From the NCBI GenBank assembly GCA_030743445.1, contig JASLSL010000111.1:1-32707 (forward strand): a stretch of DNA of 32,707 nt, in the 5' to 3' direction. The stretch comes from Alphaproteobacteria bacterium. Its GTDB lineage: Bacteria; Pseudomonadota; Alphaproteobacteria; UBA8366. A program made the translations under genes and the position numbers. Shown here one piece after another: positions 10,071 to 18,415 of the stretch. Each line of letters starts with the position of its first letter. The stretch's first letter is position 1. The notes beneath the pieces were generated by a model. That model worked only from the letters and a program-made list of their open reading frames with translations. It was not told where the DNA came from and searched no databases.

Positions 10071-10099
10071 TTTAAGCCCGTATTGCCGCGTGCTACCTT
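10071..10099 (+). promoter_or_regulatory. Possible promoter for the methyltransferase gene (short-leader or leaderless transcript)
   Basis: TTTAAG-N17-TACCTT with GC immediately before the -10; the ATG is 8 nt downstream and there is no SD. Confidence 0.3.
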
Positions 10100-10107
10100 C
10101 GCCGGCG

Positions 10108-10938
10108 ATGGAACGGCACACCCAATCGGTCACCGATCACTACCGCCGCGACGGCCTCGCCGAGATCATCCGCGAGGCGCTGGCGAAGGATGGCAAGGAC
10201 CTCGACAACCTTACGATCGACGACCTGGCGCCGGTCGACGAGTTCCATACCCGCGGGCGCGAGGCGACGGTGGAGCTCGCCGAATTCGCCGGAATCGAGC
10301 CGGGCATGCGGGTCGTCGACGTCGGCAGCGGGCTCGGTGGGCCCGCGCGCTATCTGGCCCAGACCTATGGCTGCACCGTCGCCGGCGTCGACCTCTCGGA
10401 AGAGTTCTGCCGCACCGCCACCATGCTGGCGGAGATGACGGGGCTTGCCGACAAGGTCTCGTTCCAGCACGCCAGCGCCCTCGACATGCCGTTCGAGGAC
10501 GCGAGCTTCGACCTAGCCTGGACCGTCCAAATACAGATGAATATCGCCGACAAGGCGCGGTTCTACGGCGAGATCTTCCGCGTGCTCGAGCCCGGCGGCC
10601 GGTTCGTCTTTCAGGACATCCTGCAGGGGCCGGGCGGCCCTATCCGCGTGCCGACGCCATGGGCGAGCGAGCCCGGGATGAACTTTCTTTACAGCCCCGC
10701 CAAGCTTTCGGACTTGCTCACCGATGTCGGCTTCGAGCAGATCGAGTGGCGCGACCGAACCGACGCCCACCGCGAATGGTACGACCACCAACCCGAGGCG
10801 ACCGGCAAGCCGATGCCGAAGCTCAGCATCCACCTGGTCCTCGGCCCCGAGGCCGGGGAGAAACGACGCAACACAAGGCAGAACCTGTTGGAAGACCGCA
10901 TCGCCTACGTCCAGGCGATCCTCTGCAAACCCGACTGA
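10108..10938 (+). CDS. Class I SAM-dependent methyltransferase (sarcosine/dimethylglycine N-methyltransferase-like architecture)
   Basis: VVDVGSGLGG motif I, GVDLS, MPFEDASFD and RVLEPGGRF; N-terminal DEFHTRGREAT. Confidence 0.85.
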   Translation: MERHTQSVTDHYRRDGLAEIIREALAKDGKDLDNLTIDDLAPVDEFHTRGREATVELAEFAGIEPGMRVVDVGSGLGGPARYLAQTYGCTVAGVDLSEEFCRTATMLAEMTGLADKVSFQHASALDMPFEDASFDLAWTVQIQMNIADKARFYGEIFRVLEPGGRFVFQDILQGPGGPIRVPTPWASEPGMNFLYSPAKLSDLLTDVGFEQIEWRDRTDAHREWYDHQPEATGKPMPKLSIHLVLGPEAGEKRRNTRQNLLEDRIAYVQAILCKPD

Positions 10939-10954
10939 GGAGAAGAAGATCGTT

Positions 10955-11734
10955 ATGGCGAACGACGCATCCGCCCCGTCCATCGAAACGCCGACCACGA
11001 GCGAGACCATCGAGCTGCTGCTCGACCGGCGCAGCGTGCGCAGTATCGCGCCCGATCCGATTCCCGAGGCCCAGGTCGAGGCGGTCTTGCGCGCCGCGTT
11101 CCGCGCGCCGACCTCGTCCAACATCCAGGCCTACAGCGTCGTCGTGGTGCGCGATGCGGAAACCCGCCAGGCGCTTTCGGTGCCGACCGGCAACCAGCGC
11201 CATGTCGCCGAGGCGCCGGTGTTCCTTGCCTACTGCGCCGATTTGACCCGCATCGAGCATGCGCTCGAGAAGCACGGCCACACCCTCGACGACAACAATT
11301 TCGAGGTCGGGTTGGTCTCCAGCATCGACGCGGCGCTGGTCGGCATGTCGGCCTACCTCGCCGCCGATTCGCTCGGCCTCAAGGGGGTGATGATCGGGGC
11401 GGTGAGGAACGATCCGGTCGCGATCGCGAAAATCCTCGGCCTGCCGAAGCGCGTCTACTGCGTCTATGGCATGTCCCTCGGTCGGCCGGCGGCACTCCCC
11501 GAACAGAAGCCGCGCATGGACTACCGCGCGATGGTGCACGAGGAACGCTACGACCGGGACAAGATGAAGGACTTGTTGGAGACTTACGATCCGGTGCTGG
11601 CGCAGCATTACCGCGAGACCGGACGCGAGACGACGGACGATTCATGGACCCACGACATGGACAAGAAGTTCCATCCCTATCTGCGCGACGGATTGCGCGA
11701 CGCTTTGCGGGAACTGGGCTTCGATTTTCGCTAG
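10955..11734 (+). CDS. NfsA/Frp-type nitroreductase / NADPH-flavin reductase
   Basis: RRSVR, APTSSNIQAYSVVVV, SSIDAAL, GVMIGAVRN and KPRM; GAGGAG SD. Confidence 0.88.
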   Translation: MANDASAPSIETPTTSETIELLLDRRSVRSIAPDPIPEAQVEAVLRAAFRAPTSSNIQAYSVVVVRDAETRQALSVPTGNQRHVAEAPVFLAYCADLTRIEHALEKHGHTLDDNNFEVGLVSSIDAALVGMSAYLAADSLGLKGVMIGAVRNDPVAIAKILGLPKRVYCVYGMSLGRPAALPEQKPRMDYRAMVHEERYDRDKMKDLLETYDPVLAQHYRETGRETTDDSWTHDMDKKFHPYLRDGLRDALRELGFDFR

Positions 11735-11748
11735 GAGAGGAAGAAACG

Positions 11749-12918
11749 ATGAGCGATTCGAACGGACAGGGTGGGCCCCTCGCGGGCCTCAAGGTGGTGG
11801 AACTCGCCGGCATCGGGCCCGCCCCGCTATGTTGCGCGCTGCTCGCCGACATGGGCGCGGACGTCATACGCATCGACCGCGCCGCGCCCTCGGGGCTCGG
11901 CATCCCGCGCGCCGGCAAGACCGACGTGACCCGGCGCGGCCGGCCCTCGGTCGCGATCGACCTGAAAAATCCAAAGGGGGTCGAGACCGTGCTGCGCCTG
12001 GTCGAAGACGCCGACGCGCTGATCGACCCGCTACGGCCCGGCGTCACCGAGCGGCTCGGTCTCGGGCCCGAGGACTGCCTCGCCCGCAACAAGCGGCTCG
12101 TTTACGGACGGATGACCGGCTGGGGCCAGGACGGGCCGTTGTCGCAGGCCGCCGGGCACGATTTGAATTACTTGGCGCTGACCGGCGTGCTGCACGCGAT
12201 CGGGCCGAGGGAGACGCCGGTGCCGCCGCTGAACGTGGTCGCCGACATGGGCGGCGGTGCCATGTTCCTCGCGGTCGGCTTGCTCGCCGCGGTCCACGAG
12301 GCGCGCAACTCGGGCCAGGGACAGGTGGTCGACGTCGCCATGACCGAGGGCTCGGCCTTCCTCGCCATGGGGTGCTTCGGCCTGATTGCCGCCGACTATT
12401 GGTCCGACCAACGCGCCGACAACGTGCTCGACGGCGGCGCCCATTTCTACCGCTGCTATGAGACCAAGGACGGCAGGCACGTCTCGATCGCCTCGATCGA
12501 GGCGAAGTTCTACGCCATCCTATTGGACAAGCTCGGCCTCGATCCCGCCGACCTGCCGGACCAGATGGACCGCGACCAATGGCCGGCGATGTCCGAACGC
12601 TTCGCCGCCCTCTTCAAGGAGAAGACCTGCGACGAGTGGTGCGAGATCATGGAAGGCACCGACATCTGCTTCGCCCCGGTGCTGACCTTCCGCGAGGCCT
12701 CGAACCATCCGCACAACGCGGCGCGCGACAGCTTCGTCGAGGTCGATGGCGTGATCCAACCGGGGGCGGCGCCGAATTTCAGCCGCACGCCTTCCGGGAT
12801 CAAGGGCGGGCCGCCCGAGATGGGCGCCCAGACCGACGAAGGCCTCGCGGCCTGGGGATTCTCGGCCGACGAGATCGCGGCCTTGAAGGCCGAGAGCGCG
12901 ATCGGCCAGCAGACTTAG
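11749..12918 (+). CDS. Alpha-methylacyl-CoA racemase-like CaiB/BaiF (CoA-transferase family III) protein
   Basis: GPLAGLKVVELAGIGPAP, RPGVTERLGLGP, MTGWGQDGP, GHDLNY (catalytic His), NVVADMGGG (catalytic Asp) and LDGGAHFY: the racemase-type signature. Confidence 0.88.
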   Translation: MSDSNGQGGPLAGLKVVELAGIGPAPLCCALLADMGADVIRIDRAAPSGLGIPRAGKTDVTRRGRPSVAIDLKNPKGVETVLRLVEDADALIDPLRPGVTERLGLGPEDCLARNKRLVYGRMTGWGQDGPLSQAAGHDLNYLALTGVLHAIGPRETPVPPLNVVADMGGGAMFLAVGLLAAVHEARNSGQGQVVDVAMTEGSAFLAMGCFGLIAADYWSDQRADNVLDGGAHFYRCYETKDGRHVSIASIEAKFYAILLDKLGLDPADLPDQMDRDQWPAMSERFAALFKEKTCDEWCEIMEGTDICFAPVLTFREASNHPHNAARDSFVEVDGVIQPGAAPNFSRTPSGIKGGPPEMGAQTDEGLAAWGFSADEIAALKAESAIGQQT

Positions 12919-12932
12919 GCGAGCCCCGAGGC

Positions 12933-14162
12933 TTATTCGGCGGCGATCGGCTGCAGGTTGGCGCCGGCGGCGAGCGTCTCGCCGGTCACCGGTTGGCCGC
13001 GCTTGACCACCATGCGGTGGTTGTCGCGGTTTGCCGCCATCTCGATATCGGTAGCGGGGTCGCCCTCGACTACCAGCAGGTCGGCGAAGGCGCCTTCCTC
13101 GATCCGTCCCTCGCCGGGCAGGTCGACCAGATCGGCCGCGTTGCCGGTCGAGAACCTGAGCGCGTCCAAGGGCGTGATCCCGACCTCGACCATATAGGCG
13201 AGCTCCTGGGCGTTGGCGCCGTGCTTGTTGAAGGGCGTGCCGGCGTCGGTGCCCATCGCGATCTTGCCGCCGGCGCTGTAGAACATCTTGATCGAGGCGA
13301 CATGCGCCTCGGCGACGCGCGATGCCTTCTCGACCGCATAGGCCGGCACGCCGTGGTCCTGCATGCCGATGATGTGGGTCAGCGCCGAGAAGGTCGGCAC
13401 CAGATAGGCGCCGCGTTCCATCATTTCCTCGACGCATTTCTCGGTCATGAAGAAGCCGTGCTCGATCGAATCGACGCCGCCGCGGACCGCATTCAGGATT
13501 CCTTCCGCGCCCTGGGCGTGGCTCGCGGTGCGCCTGTGGAAGCGCTTGGCCTCGCCGATGCCGGCCGCCATCTCGTCCGCCGAATAGTGCGCGTCCTCGG
13601 GATTGACGCCCGGCGTCATGACCCCGCCCGTGGCCATGATCTTGACCAGGTCGCAGCCGGCGTGGATTTGCTCGCGCACCGCCTTGACGACCTCGTCCTT
13701 GCCGTCGGCGATGCGGCCGATGTAGCTGCCGTGGCCGCCGGTCATGCAGATCATCCGGCCGGCGCAGCGGATCGAGGGACCCATGAATTGGCCCGCGTTG
13801 CAGGCGTCGCGCACCGCGAACTCCAGGTAATCGCGGCCGCCGCAATCGCGGATCGCGGTAATGCCGCCGGCGAGCGATTCCTGCGCGCGCTGCAGGGCGC
13901 GGACGACGATCTCGCCGGTCGTCAGCTTGTCGCCCGCGGCGCGCGGGTCGGCCTCCGCACCGAGGCAAAGATGGACGTGGCAGTCGATGATGCCCGGCAT
14001 CAGCGTGCCGCCGGTGGTGTCGACCGCATCGCCTTGGAAGCCGTCGAACTCGGCGGCCGGCGCCACTTTGGCGATCTTGTCGTCCTCGACCAGCACCGCG
14101 TGGCCCTCGACCGGCTCGTTGAGCCCATCGAACAGCTTGCCGCCCCGATATAGCGTCGTCAT
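12933..14162 (-). CDS. Metal-dependent amidohydrolase (Xaa-Pro dipeptidase-like subgroup)
   Basis: LMPGIIDCHVH, VKIMATGG, ASHAQG, SIEHG and MGTDAG; GGAGG SD before MTTLYRGG. Confidence 0.9.
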   Translation of the reverse strand: MTTLYRGGKLFDGLNEPVEGHAVLVEDDKIAKVAPAAEFDGFQGDAVDTTGGTLMPGIIDCHVHLCLGAEADPRAAGDKLTTGEIVVRALQRAQESLAGGITAIRDCGGRDYLEFAVRDACNAGQFMGPSIRCAGRMICMTGGHGSYIGRIADGKDEVVKAVREQIHAGCDLVKIMATGGVMTPGVNPEDAHYSADEMAAGIGEAKRFHRRTASHAQGAEGILNAVRGGVDSIEHGFFMTEKCVEEMMERGAYLVPTFSALTHIIGMQDHGVPAYAVEKASRVAEAHVASIKMFYSAGGKIAMGTDAGTPFNKHGANAQELAYMVEVGITPLDALRFSTGNAADLVDLPGEGRIEEGAFADLLVVEGDPATDIEMAANRDNHRMVVKRGQPVTGETLAAGANLQPIAAE

Positions 14163-14189
14163 GGCATGTCCCTCCGTGCGTCCCGCAAC

Positions 14190-14218
14190 TTTGGCACCTC
14201 GACCGCTTGGAGACAAGA
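14190..14218 (-). promoter_or_regulatory. Possible internal promoter for the amidohydrolase
   Basis: Minus strand TTGTCT-N17-CAAAGT upstream of the SD/ATG at 14162; the -10 is weak. Confidence 0.3.
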
Positions 14219-14224
14219 AAGCCG

Positions 14225-14776
14225 CTATCCCACGGGTTCCGCGTCGATCAGGATCGCGGCGAGCACCGCCGGCTCCGAGCCCTTGTTGACCCAGCCGTGG
14301 TTGGTGCCGCGCTGGATCACCACGTCGAGCGGTTTCATCTCGACCTCACCCTCGTCGACCAGCATCGTCACTTCGCCCTTGAGTAGAATGATGTAATCGA
14401 CCGTGTCGGTCTTGTGCATGTTCGGATGGCGCGCCGAGGGGTCGCGGTTGTGCCCGGCGCCCATCGCCTCGAACAACCGGTCCGCTTCGGCCTGCTTCTG
14501 CTCCCCGGTCTTGCCGGCCTCGTCCGCCTCGGGCGCGATCTGGAAATAGCGGAACACCGAGCCGCCTGCCGGCGGGGTCAGCACGACCTCGGTCGCTGCC
14601 GCGTCGGCATCGCCCGAATTGTCCGCCGGCATCGCATAGGTGCGCCAGAGGTCGGTCAATCCGCGCGCCGGGTTGACCGGGTTGGGCTTGAGGTGCGGCG
14701 AGGGCTCGTCCGAGAGGATGATCGAGCGGCCATCCGTGTCGTGGCCGGTGACGATGCGGCGGACGGGTCTCAGCAT
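14225..14776 (-). CDS. Cupin-domain protein
   Basis: VRRIVTGHD, MHKTDTVDYIILLKGE and VIQRGTNHGWVN are cupin motifs. Confidence 0.88.
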   Translation of the reverse strand: MLRPVRRIVTGHDTDGRSIILSDEPSPHLKPNPVNPARGLTDLWRTYAMPADNSGDADAAATEVVLTPPAGGSVFRYFQIAPEADEAGKTGEQKQAEADRLFEAMGAGHNRDPSARHPNMHKTDTVDYIILLKGEVTMLVDEGEVEMKPLDVVIQRGTNHGWVNKGSEPAVLAAILIDAEPVG

Positions 14777-14787
14777 GACATGTCTCC

Positions 14788-15618
14788 CTATTTGCCGAAT
14801 AGGCGTTCCGCGTTCCGGTATGCGATCTTCTCGGCGACCTCGCGCGGCAACTGCTCGAGCCAGGCGCGGTGCTCATCGACGAGCCCGATATAGACCGCCC
14901 AGCGGTCGCTCACATAGGTGTCGGTGCCGACCATGAACCGGTCCGGGTGGCTGAGGAACAGATCGCGCCAGGCGGGATCGATGCGCTCGCCGGGCATGAT
15001 GCTGTGGGCGCGGAACGACATCTCGACCCAGAGGTTCCGGTAGCGCTCGACCAGTGCGCCGACCTCTGCCGGCGGCGTGGTGAATCCGGCGTGGGCCCAG
15101 AGGATCTTCGACTTCGGCTCGATCCGGAACATCGCCTCGACCGGGCCGGGGCCCGAGTGGATGTGAAGGAACAGGCTCCGCGCCGCCGCCAGCTTCGCCA
15201 TTTGGCGTACCTGTGGGGTCGCGGTCGATCCCGGCAGGTCGAACAGATGGAACTCGCCGATGCCCTTGTGAACCCCGAGCTTCAGCCGCGCCTCGAGGTA
15301 GTCGATCAGCTTCGGATCGTCGATCCAGTTGCTCGACCGCACCTCGCCGCGATAGGGCCGCAGGATCGGGACGATCCTGTCCGGCGCCGCGCGGTGGAGC
15401 TTGATCGTGCCATGGTCGGGCGAGCTCGACACCAGCGCCCGCTCGACGCCCGCGGCTTCGAGCGCATCGAGCGCCTTCCTCGGGCTGAACGCGTCCCAGG
15501 CACCCTGGCTGTAATGCACGTGGGTGTCGAAGATCGGCAGGCGCTCGCCGGCGATGCCCCCGCCGGCGACACCCGCGATCGCCACCGCGCCCATGAAAGC
15601 GGGAAGGAAACGGCGCAT
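14788..15618 (-). CDS. Secreted amidohydrolase_2 / TIM-barrel metallohydrolase
   Basis: Signal-like N-terminus MRRFLPAFMGAVAIAGVAGG; DTHVH, GIGEFH, HIHS, WAHAG and GTD metal ligands; C-terminal IAYRNAERLF. Confidence 0.8.
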   Translation of the reverse strand: MRRFLPAFMGAVAIAGVAGGGIAGERLPIFDTHVHYSQGAWDAFSPRKALDALEAAGVERALVSSSPDHGTIKLHRAAPDRIVPILRPYRGEVRSSNWIDDPKLIDYLEARLKLGVHKGIGEFHLFDLPGSTATPQVRQMAKLAAARSLFLHIHSGPGPVEAMFRIEPKSKILWAHAGFTTPPAEVGALVERYRNLWVEMSFRAHSIMPGERIDPAWRDLFLSHPDRFMVGTDTYVSDRWAVYIGLVDEHRAWLEQLPREVAEKIAYRNAERLFGK

Positions 15619-15623
15619 GCCCC

Positions 15624-16259
15624 TCAATCGAGCGTCGAGAACGCGGTCGGCGAGAGGATGATCGACTGCATTTCCAGCAGCATCGGCCCGCCGACCTTGA
15701 GGAAGGCGCGCCAGCCCTTGTCCTTCGCCGCCTCGGCGCGGGCCGCGGCGCGCGCGTTGAGGTCGGGATAGACCCACATGTGCGAGACCTCGTGCGGCTG
15801 CGGGTTGATGGTGTGCCAGAGGCCGACGATCGGCGAGTATTTCTCGCGCGCCTTGAGCCCTTCCTGGAAGGCTTCCAGCCATTGCGGCGCCTTGCCGGTC
15901 TCGACCCGGTAGAAGCGGTATTCGTAGAGATTGCCCGAGTCCGCCGGCGGCTTGACGTCGATCACGCCGTTCATGAACCGCACCTCCTGCTTCTCGATGA
16001 TCGGGCGGACGTTGGCGACGTATTCGCCGGTCCAGTCCTTGTTCTTGGCCAGCTCCGCGTGCAAGGCCTGGCGCTCGCCGAGGCCTTCGTAGCTCCAGAG
16101 ATGCCAGATCTGATTGAGCTGGCCGAACTCCGAGACCCAGTAGCCGTGGTTGGTGCCGAAGTCGTTGCCGCGGATCGGACGGCCGACATCCTCGGCGAGC
16201 TTGAGGTAGGCCGGCACGTTGGTCGGCCGAAGGGTGTAGGTTCTGAACTCGTAGATCAT
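15624..16259 (-). CDS. NIPSNAP family protein (two domains)
   Basis: MIYEFRTYTL, GQLNQIWHLWSY, a second repeat LYEYRFY...HMWVY, and C-terminal ILSPTAFS. Confidence 0.88.
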   Translation of the reverse strand: MIYEFRTYTLRPTNVPAYLKLAEDVGRPIRGNDFGTNHGYWVSEFGQLNQIWHLWSYEGLGERQALHAELAKNKDWTGEYVANVRPIIEKQEVRFMNGVIDVKPPADSGNLYEYRFYRVETGKAPQWLEAFQEGLKAREKYSPIVGLWHTINPQPHEVSHMWVYPDLNARAAARAEAAKDKGWRAFLKVGGPMLLEMQSIILSPTAFSTLD

Positions 16260-16297
16260 GGCGATATGCTCCCGCTTCCTGTTATTGGTATGTCGGG

Positions 16298-16305
16298 ATT
16301 ATAGC
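16298..16305 (-). promoter_or_regulatory. -10 element for the NIPSNAP operon
   Basis: Minus strand GCTATAAT about 40 nt upstream of the ATG; no good -35 at 17 bp. Confidence 0.4.
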
Positions 16306-16310
16306 GCCCG

Positions 16311-16339
16311 AGGGAGGCCCAAGGGAGGCCCAAGGGAGG
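16311..16339 (+). repeat. 11-bp tandem repeat (AGGGAGGCCCA x2.6) containing the SD of the downstream SDR
   Basis: AGGGAGGCCCA AGGGAGGCCCA AGGGAGG, then TACATC ATG. Confidence 0.85.
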
Positions 16340-16345
16340 TACATC

Positions 16346-17200
16346 ATGTTCCAAGCGGATTTATTGGCCGGCAAACGGATCCTGATCACCGGCGGCGGCA
16401 CCGGGCTCGGCAAGAGCATCGGCCGGCGCTATGTCGAGCTCGGCGCCGAGCTCGTCATCTGCGGCCGGCGTCTGGAGAAGCTCGAGGAGACCCGGGCCGA
16501 GTTCGAGAAGGATTTGGGCGGCAAGGTGAGTATCCACCGATGCGACGTGCGCGACCCGGACGCGGTCGAGGCGATGATGGACATGATCTGGGCCGACGGG
16601 CCCTTGGACGTGCTGGTCAACAACGCCGCCGGCAACTTCATCGCCCAGACCGAGCGGCTGTCGCACCGCGCGATCGACGCGGTGCTGGGCATCGTGCTGC
16701 ACGGCACCGCCTATTGCACGACGGCGGTCGGACGGCGCTGGATCGACGCCGGGCGCCCGGCGGTGGTGCTGAACATCCTCACCACCTCGGCCCTCCATGG
16801 CGGCGCCTACCGGGTGCCCTCGGCGATGGCCAAGGCGGGCGTGGCGGCGATGATCAAGAGCCTCGCGGTCGAATGGGGACCCATGGGCATCCGCATGGTC
16901 GGCGTGGTGCCGGGGCCGTTCCCGACCCCCGGTGCGGCGACCCGCCTGCGCCCCGAAGGCGCCGGCCAGGCGCCGGAGGAAGACGACGTCCCGCTGCGCC
17001 GGGTCGGCGAGCATAAGGAGCTCGCGGACCTCTGCACCTACCTGGTCTCGGACCAGGCCGGCTACGTCAACGGCGAGATCGTGGTGATCGACGGCGGCAA
17101 ATGGCTGCAGGGGGTCTACGGCGCCTCGATCCGCCAGATGCAGGACTGGGACGACGCCAAATGGGCCGAGGTGAAAGAGCAGACGCGCAAGGGGGCGTGA
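16346..17200 (+). CDS. SDR, 2,4-dienoyl-CoA reductase (DECR)-like
   Basis: TGGGTGLG, ICGRR, NNAAGNF and LAVEWG. SAMAKAG replaces YxxxK, as in DECR-type SDRs. Confidence 0.85.
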   Translation: MFQADLLAGKRILITGGGTGLGKSIGRRYVELGAELVICGRRLEKLEETRAEFEKDLGGKVSIHRCDVRDPDAVEAMMDMIWADGPLDVLVNNAAGNFIAQTERLSHRAIDAVLGIVLHGTAYCTTAVGRRWIDAGRPAVVLNILTTSALHGGAYRVPSAMAKAGVAAMIKSLAVEWGPMGIRMVGVVPGPFPTPGAATRLRPEGAGQAPEEDDVPLRRVGEHKELADLCTYLVSDQAGYVNGEIVVIDGGKWLQGVYGASIRQMQDWDDAKWAEVKEQTRKGA

Positions 17201-17222
17201 GGCCGACCGTGCCACCCCGCAT

Positions 17223-17294
17223 CGTCATCCCCGCGCAGGCGGGAATGGAATTCAATAATATCAATAGGTTATAAAATGGGGACAGTCCCCATTT
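17223..17294. repeat. Composite intergenic repeat, copy 1: CGTC-tagged REP-like hairpin + IHF consensus + perfect palindrome
   Basis: CGTCATCCCCGCGCAGGCGGGAAT (17223-17246); TATCAATAGGTTA matching WATCAANNNNTTR (17259-17271); AAATGGGGAC-A-GTCCCCATTT (17274-17294). Ungapped match to 23171-23242. Confidence 0.88.
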
Positions 17295-18345
17295 AGGCCG
17301 CGGCGTTGGTCTTCTGGAACTCGGGCGCGACCTCTTGCATAAAGAGGGTCAGGCTGGAGCGCGCCGCCTCGTCCGCCATAAAACCCATGCGGAAGGTCAT
17401 CAGGACGCCGCCGACGTCGATCGCCTCGATCGCCGCGATCTTCTCCGCCACCGTCGCCGGCGAGCCGCAGATCAGCCCGTGCTCCGGCTGGTTGCGCGCG
17501 ACCATCGGGTCGTCGCGCTGCATGATGACGCCCTGCTCCTTCAGCACCCGCTCGCGCATATCGGCGCGCTTCTCGAACTGCTCGACGAAGTGGGCGGTGC
17601 CGATCCTCTCCGCCTCGGCGTCGGTCTCGGCGACGAATATGTTGCGCCACACCCAGGTGTCGTCGACGTTCCGGGCGATCAACGCCTCGTCATGCCCCTC
17701 GTCGCGCATGGTCTGGCGGTAGAGGTCCATGCGCTCCTTCGTGACCCCGTTCGACTGCACGTTCATCAGGAACGGCCGGCCCTCCCTGGCCATCCGGATG
17801 GTCGACTCCTCGCCGGCGCAGGCGCGGATGATCGGCGGGTGCGGCTTGGTGTAGGTCGCCGGGCGCAGCAATGGCAGCCTTAGGTTCCAGTACTTGCCGT
17901 TGTGCTCGTAGTCCGCGGTCGTCCACGCCTTGACCAGGATCTCCTCGGACTCGATCAGGCGCTCCAAGGCCTCGTCCGGGTCGATGTCGTAGCCCTGGTA
18001 GTCGTAGATGTTGTAGGCGGTGCCGCGGCCGAGCCCGACGATCAGCCGGCCGTGGCTGATGTTGTCGATGATTGACATCTGCTCGGCGAAGCGGATCGGG
18101 TGGTGCAGCGACATCTGCGCCACTGCGAAGCCGATCCGGCAGCGCTCGGTGATCATCGCGATCGCGGCGGCGAAGCTGACCGGGTCGACATAGGCGCAGA
18201 TGCCGTCGAAGTGGTGCTCGGCGAGCCACAGCACGTCGACGCCGAGCTCGTCGCTGAGCTTGGCCTCGGCCAGGGTCTCGTCGATGATCCGCGAGTCGTC
18301 CTCGGGCGAGGGGCTCGCGGGGAACAGGAAATTGCTGAATTTCAT
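17293..18345 (-). CDS. LLM-class flavin-dependent oxidoreductase (copy 2)
   Basis: MKFSNF, WLAEHHF, HPIRFAEQ, GRLIVGLGRG, GSPATVAE and LFMQEVAP. Confidence 0.9.
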   Translation of the reverse strand: MKFSNFLFPASPSPEDDSRIIDETLAEAKLSDELGVDVLWLAEHHFDGICAYVDPVSFAAAIAMITERCRIGFAVAQMSLHHPIRFAEQMSIIDNISHGRLIVGLGRGTAYNIYDYQGYDIDPDEALERLIESEEILVKAWTTADYEHNGKYWNLRLPLLRPATYTKPHPPIIRACAGEESTIRMAREGRPFLMNVQSNGVTKERMDLYRQTMRDEGHDEALIARNVDDTWVWRNIFVAETDAEAERIGTAHFVEQFEKRADMRERVLKEQGVIMQRDDPMVARNQPEHGLICGSPATVAEKIAAIEAIDVGGVLMTFRMGFMADEAARSSLTLFMQEVAPEFQKTNAAA

Positions 18346-18383
18346 GGTTGGCAGGCCGTGCGCTTGGTTTCTTGGTTGATCTA

Positions 18384-18410
18384 GCTATAGCGCAGATCGC
18401 CATGCCCTTA
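18384..18410 (-). promoter_or_regulatory. Possible internal promoter for LLM copy 2 (coordinates approximate)
   Basis: Minus strand TTTAAG-N17-TATAGC with GC before the -10; the same layout as 10071-10099. Confidence 0.35.
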
Positions 18411-18415
18411 AAGAA

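Noticed and set aside
14191-14206. TTGGCAC-N-GC sigma-54-like motif on the plus strand
   Set aside because: It lacks the TT of the -12 element and points antisense into minus-strand genes.
17223-17294. Composite repeat as a dif site, tRNA fragment or CRISPR repeat
   Set aside because: There is no XerC/XerD 11-6-11 layout and no cloverleaf, and only two copies 5.9 kb apart with genes between them.
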